NCBI GenBank assembly: GCA_028282645.1
Contig: JANQHM010000245.1
Location: 1 to 49,155, forward strand
From: Candidatus Gastranaerophilales bacterium
GTDB taxonomy: Bacteria; Cyanobacteriota; Vampirovibrionia; Gastranaerophilales; JANQFW01
DNA: 49,155 nucleotides
Direction: 5' to 3'
The notes below the pieces were generated by a model that was not told the origin of the DNA, made no database searches, and saw nothing but the letters and a program-made list of their open reading frames with translations. Shown here piece after piece: positions 45,291 to 49,155 of the stretch. Position 1 is the stretch's first letter, and each line of letters begins with the position of its first letter. Made by a program: the position numbers and the translations under genes.

Positions 45291-45367
45291 GAAAATAGTA
45301 TATTTTATTAGCTTTTATCTGATTTAAGAATCTGAAAAGTATTTTGGAGGGAGTATATTACAAATTA
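45291..45367 (+). repeat. Intergenic repeat R3, copy interrupted at its left edge by the MITE (approximate right limit)
   Basis: The sequence is gaaaatagtatattttattagcttttatctgatttaagaatctgaaaagtattttggagggagtata. Confidence 0.6.
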
Positions 45368-45597
45368 AAGAACTAAGTTGGGAGTTTTAATAAGACCTAA
45401 TAAATAATACAAGTATTGACCATCTGGCTAGTATAAAATATTAAATCCGGTGGTCGATGTTTTTGGTTATCTTAAAAGTTAATCTAAATGTAGTATTCAA
45501 ATATTTTTGTTTTTTTATAATTTTTAATATTTAAAAATTAATAAACCGGGAAGTAAAAACAGGCTGGGATTAAATAGTGTTAAGGAGTGTTGGGTAA

Positions 45598-47052
45598 ATG
45601 GCTAAAAAGAAAATTCTATCAATAACATTTTTAGCGAGTGTGTTGGCTCTGAGTTTTATAAATCCTTGTCTTGCAATATTTGAGAGGGCTATACTATCTA
45701 AAATATCAATAACCCCTCAAAGTAACGGGACTTATAAAATTCTCATTAAAACTGATAGAGAAGTGCCTTTTAATAAAATAACCGCATCAGAAAATAAAAT
45801 TGTTATTGATATAAAAAATGTAAAGGCGTCTAAATTTGTTAATACAGTGTATAATAATGCACTGGGTGTTGAGCATGTAATAGTTCAGCCTGTTTCTGAT
45901 AATAGGGTTAAGATATTTATAGAAGGTGAAAAAATTTCACGTAGTAATATAGTTGTTGATTCCAGGAGAGGTTTTCCTGTTTTTGAAGGAGTGAATAAAG
46001 ATATTGACTACTCAAAACCTGTTTATTATAATAATCAGTCATCTTTGGCGAATAAGCAAAATAAATCTGATTATAATTTAGGCTTGCCGGGAGATATTAA
46101 GCCGGTTGAATATATAGATACTCCTGTTCCATTGGAGAGGCCTGTTGTTAATCAGTTTCATGAAAATACTCAACAGCAGAATGAAATAATAAGAAAGCCA
46201 CAGCCTGCCAAATCAAAATTGGTTGATAAGCAAGCTAATCATAATTCTGATGCAAGTAAGGCTAGCAGGGTTAATAATGCGGTTAATAATCTAAATAGTC
46301 AGGGGGGGAATAGCTATACGAATGCAGTTTATGCAAATAATCGAAATAATAATTATAATAACCAGGAAAAATATCAGCATATGAATTATTATAATAATAG
46401 TAAAAGTAAAAGTAACTACCCGCCTGAAGCTAGAAGTGCAGGTATGCCATCAGGTTCAGGATATTCAAAAGTTTCTGCTCTGACTGATGGAAACATGCTT
46501 AATAAGTTGGTTTCTTTAGATATTTTTGATTGGGGTTTAAGATTTTTAATATTGGCTTTTATTATTGTGGCAGGTTATAAGTTATTCTTTAGAAAACAGC
46601 CTAAATATACTATAGATTTGACAGATGAAGATATGAGGGAAAGAGAATTGGCTTTGTTAAAATCTATGAATGAAAAATACGCGGCTACCGGCACTACTGA
46701 TTCCGACTATGAAAGAAAGCCTTCTAAAAAAGGCGGGTATAGTTCTTTTACTCAATATGGTTTAAGCGAGTATCAAAATAGTCAGTTACCTCCGGGGAAT
46801 AGGTCAAATAGAGGAAAAAAGTCCATTGGGGGAAGAAAGCGGCAAGTTCAGGCTTCAAAACCATCTGTCAGGAAACCTGTTCAGGCTGAGGATAAGTCTG
46901 AAAAATCCAGAGTAACAGATAGGGAGTCTGAAAAGATAAATATTGATAATAAAAAATTTTTAGAAAAGATGGCTACAATTTATGAAAAGAGCGGCCGAAG
47001 TGATTTGGCCGAAGGAATACAGAACAATATAAAAAAAAGAACGATAATGTGA
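45598..47052 (+). CDS. Membrane-anchored protein with an N-terminal AMIN-like domain and an N/Q-rich spacer
   Basis: It has a signal peptide. ISITPQSNGTYKILIKTDREVPFNKITASENKIVIDIKNVKAS...VEHVIVQPVSDNRVKIFIEG resembles AMIN domains. A low-complexity N-rich region and a TM (LRFLILAFIIVAGYKLFF) follow, and the C-terminal part is basic. Confidence 0.55.
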   Translation: MAKKKILSITFLASVLALSFINPCLAIFERAILSKISITPQSNGTYKILIKTDREVPFNKITASENKIVIDIKNVKASKFVNTVYNNALGVEHVIVQPVSDNRVKIFIEGEKISRSNIVVDSRRGFPVFEGVNKDIDYSKPVYYNNQSSLANKQNKSDYNLGLPGDIKPVEYIDTPVPLERPVVNQFHENTQQQNEIIRKPQPAKSKLVDKQANHNSDASKASRVNNAVNNLNSQGGNSYTNAVYANNRNNNYNNQEKYQHMNYYNNSKSKSNYPPEARSAGMPSGSGYSKVSALTDGNMLNKLVSLDIFDWGLRFLILAFIIVAGYKLFFRKQPKYTIDLTDEDMRERELALLKSMNEKYAATGTTDSDYERKPSKKGGYSSFTQYGLSEYQNSQLPPGNRSNRGKKSIGGRKRQVQASKPSVRKPVQAEDKSEKSRVTDRESEKINIDNKKFLEKMATIYEKSGRSDLAEGIQNNIKKRTIM

Positions 47053-47067
47053 TATCTTAGGGGATTA

Positions 47068-47098
47068 AGAGGAGCGATCGCTCCTCTTTTTTTTTTTA
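47068..47098 (+). terminator. Intrinsic terminator
   Basis: AGAGGAGCG-at-CGCTCCTCT is a perfect palindrome followed by a run of 11 T. Confidence 0.85.
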
Positions 47099-47186
47099 AT
47101 AAATGATAAGAAAATGTCACAAATTTTTAGTTGACGGGCTTTTTTTTATATAATAATAATAGGTCTTAATTTTGATTGGTGTTGAA

Positions 47187-47777
47187 ATGTTAACTATTGA
47201 ACAAGTAAAAGAAAACCTGGAAGCCGATAATTATTATCTCGATATGGAGATTTTGTGTAATTATTTGATCAACTGGAATATTGATCCTGTTTATGAAGAT
47301 GAGGACGAAATCGTTTATTTTGACAGGTTTGCAGTATCAAAGTTAAGTGAAGGCATTGATTTAAAGAATCAAGGTAATGATGATAATTATATCAGAGAAT
47401 ATTTAAATAGGGACTTGCAGGATATTTCTCCGGAAATAACACCTATTGAACCCCCTGATACATATGTTCAGGATAATAATATAGTAACAAATCATTTAGC
47501 GGTTGATGTTACAACAAATACTCTTGACTTGTTGGCACAGTCTTTATCTAAAAAGATTTCAAAAAATGTAGCGGATCAGTTAATTCAGGCTGATGTGTTT
47601 GAATCTGCTGTCGGTGCAGGTAAGTTACAGCGTGATAATGAGCTTTTGGCCGCACAGATAGATAAGTTAATCAGTGAAAATAAAAAATTAATAAAAAAAG
47701 TAAAGGAGCTTGAGCGGGAATGTAGTAGCTATAAACAAGTTATGGGCTCTTTTTATGTTAAGAAACAGTTTATTTAA
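47187..47777 (+). CDS. Hypothetical protein with a C-terminal coiled coil
   Basis: The ATG at 47187 lies within the track ORF. The N-terminus is LTIEQVKENL...YFDRFAVSKL. The C-terminus is LLAAQIDKLISENKKLIKKVKELERE. Confidence 0.45.
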   Translation: MLTIEQVKENLEADNYYLDMEILCNYLINWNIDPVYEDEDEIVYFDRFAVSKLSEGIDLKNQGNDDNYIREYLNRDLQDISPEITPIEPPDTYVQDNNIVTNHLAVDVTTNTLDLLAQSLSKKISKNVADQLIQADVFESAVGAGKLQRDNELLAAQIDKLISENKKLIKKVKELERECSSYKQVMGSFYVKKQFI

Positions 47778-47804
47778 TTAATTTTTTAACTAGCCTTGGG
47801 GATT

Positions 47805-49155
47805 ATGCAGGTTTTTTGTGAAATTAAGAATGTAACTTGGGTAAAAGATGACACCAGTTTGAATGAATGTAGTGTTATATTAACTTCGTCTGATTTTTGT
47901 CTGGGTGTAAAGGATAATAATGATAATATTTTAGGATATGTTTTAAAGCCTGACCTGGACAGGGTTTTGAAATTTAATATAAAAGATAATAATATAAGAT
48001 TAATAACAAGCTGTGCCTCAAGGATTGTATCATTTGAGGCTTTATCGGGGCAGGATAATTTAAGTAAAATATTAGGTTTGAGAAATAAACAAGCTGTTTG
48101 GGTTAAAGATTATAATGATGATATAGACAAACTTGCTATATTATCAGAAGAAAATAAACTTGAAGATATTTATTTGACAGAAGAGTTTAAACAGGTTGTA
48201 GAAAACTCTGTTCAAAACTTGTTCAAAAAATGTTCAAAGGTGGCAGACGCTAATAATATTCCTATTTTTTTGATAGGTGGTATTGTTAGGGATTTAATTA
48301 TTAGCAGGAAAAGTTTTGACATAGATATAACAGTTCAGGGAGATGCTATTGATTTTGCTCGTTTGTTAACGGTTCAATATCCCGATACATGTGTTATCAA
48401 TACTTTACATGTAGATTTTAAGACGGCGAAAGTCACATTTTTAATCGATGATAATAAAATTAAGGTTGACTTTGCAAGTACCAGGAAAGAAGTTTATGAT
48501 TATCCTGCGGCTTTGCCTCGAATGATAGAGATTGGTTGCAGCCTTTATGATGATGTTATGAGGCGTGATTTTACTATTAACTCTATGGCTATGTCTTTGA
48601 ATGAGAATACTTTTTGTAAGCTTATTGACTATCTTGGGGGATATCAGGATTTGGGGGATAGGGTTATAAGGCTTCTTCATCCTGTAAGTTATGTAGATGA
48701 CCCAACCAGAATGATCAGGGCTTTAAAGTTTAGTGAGCGTTTTGACTGTGAGTATGATGAAACTGCAGACTTTTTGGAGAGAGCATGTTTGCATTCAACA
48801 CTTTTTGACGGGTTGTGCGGGGAGAGGGCTAAGTCTGAAATCAAGCAGGCTTTTAATTTAAATCAAGCCGGTGTTTTGAATGAATTTATAAATAGAAACT
48901 TGTACTACTTGATTGAAAAAGATATTATTATTAATAACGTACTTAACAACCCTGGTGAAGATGCTGAGGATTGTATAAATAAATATGCTGGCTATCTGGA
49001 GGCTGATAATATCTGGCTTATTTATTTAGCCTTATTGCTTATTGATTTGGACAGCTCTAAAATTGTTGAAATAGCAAATAAATTGTATTTAAGTACTGAC
49101 GAGTCTAAAGTGATTATTCAATCTTGTGAATTATTTAATAAGTCGGGCGGTTTGG
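47805..49155 (+). CDS. cca: CCA-adding enzyme / poly(A) polymerase family nucleotidyltransferase, 3' end outside the window
   Basis: The frame is open from ATG 47805 to the window edge, so it is absent from the ORF track. Hallmarks are FLIGGIVRDLIISRKSFDIDITV, RRDFTINSMA and DDPTRMIRALKF. About 150 aa of unassigned N-terminal sequence precede them. Confidence 0.8.
   Translation, partial: MQVFCEIKNVTWVKDDTSLNECSVILTSSDFCLGVKDNNDNILGYVLKPDLDRVLKFNIKDNNIRLITSCASRIVSFEALSGQDNLSKILGLRNKQAVWVKDYNDDIDKLAILSEENKLEDIYLTEEFKQVVENSVQNLFKKCSKVADANNIPIFLIGGIVRDLIISRKSFDIDITVQGDAIDFARLLTVQYPDTCVINTLHVDFKTAKVTFLIDDNKIKVDFASTRKEVYDYPAALPRMIEIGCSLYDDVMRRDFTINSMAMSLNENTFCKLIDYLGGYQDLGDRVIRLLHPVSYVDDPTRMIRALKFSERFDCEYDETADFLERACLHSTLFDGLCGERAKSEIKQAFNLNQAGVLNEFINRNLYYLIEKDIIINNVLNNPGEDAEDCINKYAGYLEADNIWLIYLALLLIDLDSSKIVEIANKLYLSTDESKVIIQSCELFNKSGGL

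Noticed and set aside
47071-47084. GCGATCGC, the HIP1 octamer characteristic of many cyanobacteria, at the centre of the terminator palindrome.
   Set aside because: I found only a single occurrence in 49 kb. HIP1 genomes carry it at high density, so this is no evidence for HIP1 enrichment.
1-49155. The absence of dnaA next to the putative origin, read as evidence that the organism lacks dnaA.
   Set aside because: This cannot be inferred from a 49-kb window. In several lineages dnaA is simply encoded elsewhere.

Overview
This is a visibly AT-rich bacterial chromosomal segment from a flagellated diderm (L-ring and P-ring genes are present). The lineage cannot be fixed from this window. The TTTTCTACA box type and an origin-like array directly upstream of dnaN resemble what I recall for cyanobacteria-related lineages, but that is only a hint.

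Core content:
- Replication-origin neighbourhood genes, scattered over 20 kb: mnmE-yidC on the minus strand, rpmH-rnpA-yidD, proB-proA, a dense DnaA-box-like array, then dnaN-recF-DUF721/DciA. No dnaA is present in the window.
- One long flagellar operon: SLT transglycosylase, flgF, flgG, flgA, flgH, flgI, rod-binding-only flgJ, an unknown ORF, flgN, flgK, flgL.
- A Cache-type MCP, a GH13 enzyme with a long N-terminal extension, trpS, and a partial CCA-adding enzyme.

Accessory content:
- A hicAB module bracketed by about 72-bp direct repeats.
- An array of small paralogous ORFs, each behind a conserved AT-rich block.
- Twin receiver-only response regulators.
- A tandem triplicated small-membrane-protein cassette, with one copy decayed.
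- A 536-aa membrane protein built from three internal repeats.
- A proline-rich anchored protein.

The strongest sequence-level discoveries are two families of short non-autonomous mobile elements. For each, a filled site can be compared with paralogous empty sites inside this window.
- (a) A 93-bp MITE with GGTGATG/GGTAGTG termini and 8-bp target duplications, in 3 copies.
- (b) A roughly 104-bp element with subterminal palindromes, always found 3' of TTATT with no clear duplication (IS200/IS605- or REP-like behaviour), in 3 copies.

No transposase, integrase, CRISPR array, rRNA or tRNA was recognised in the window.
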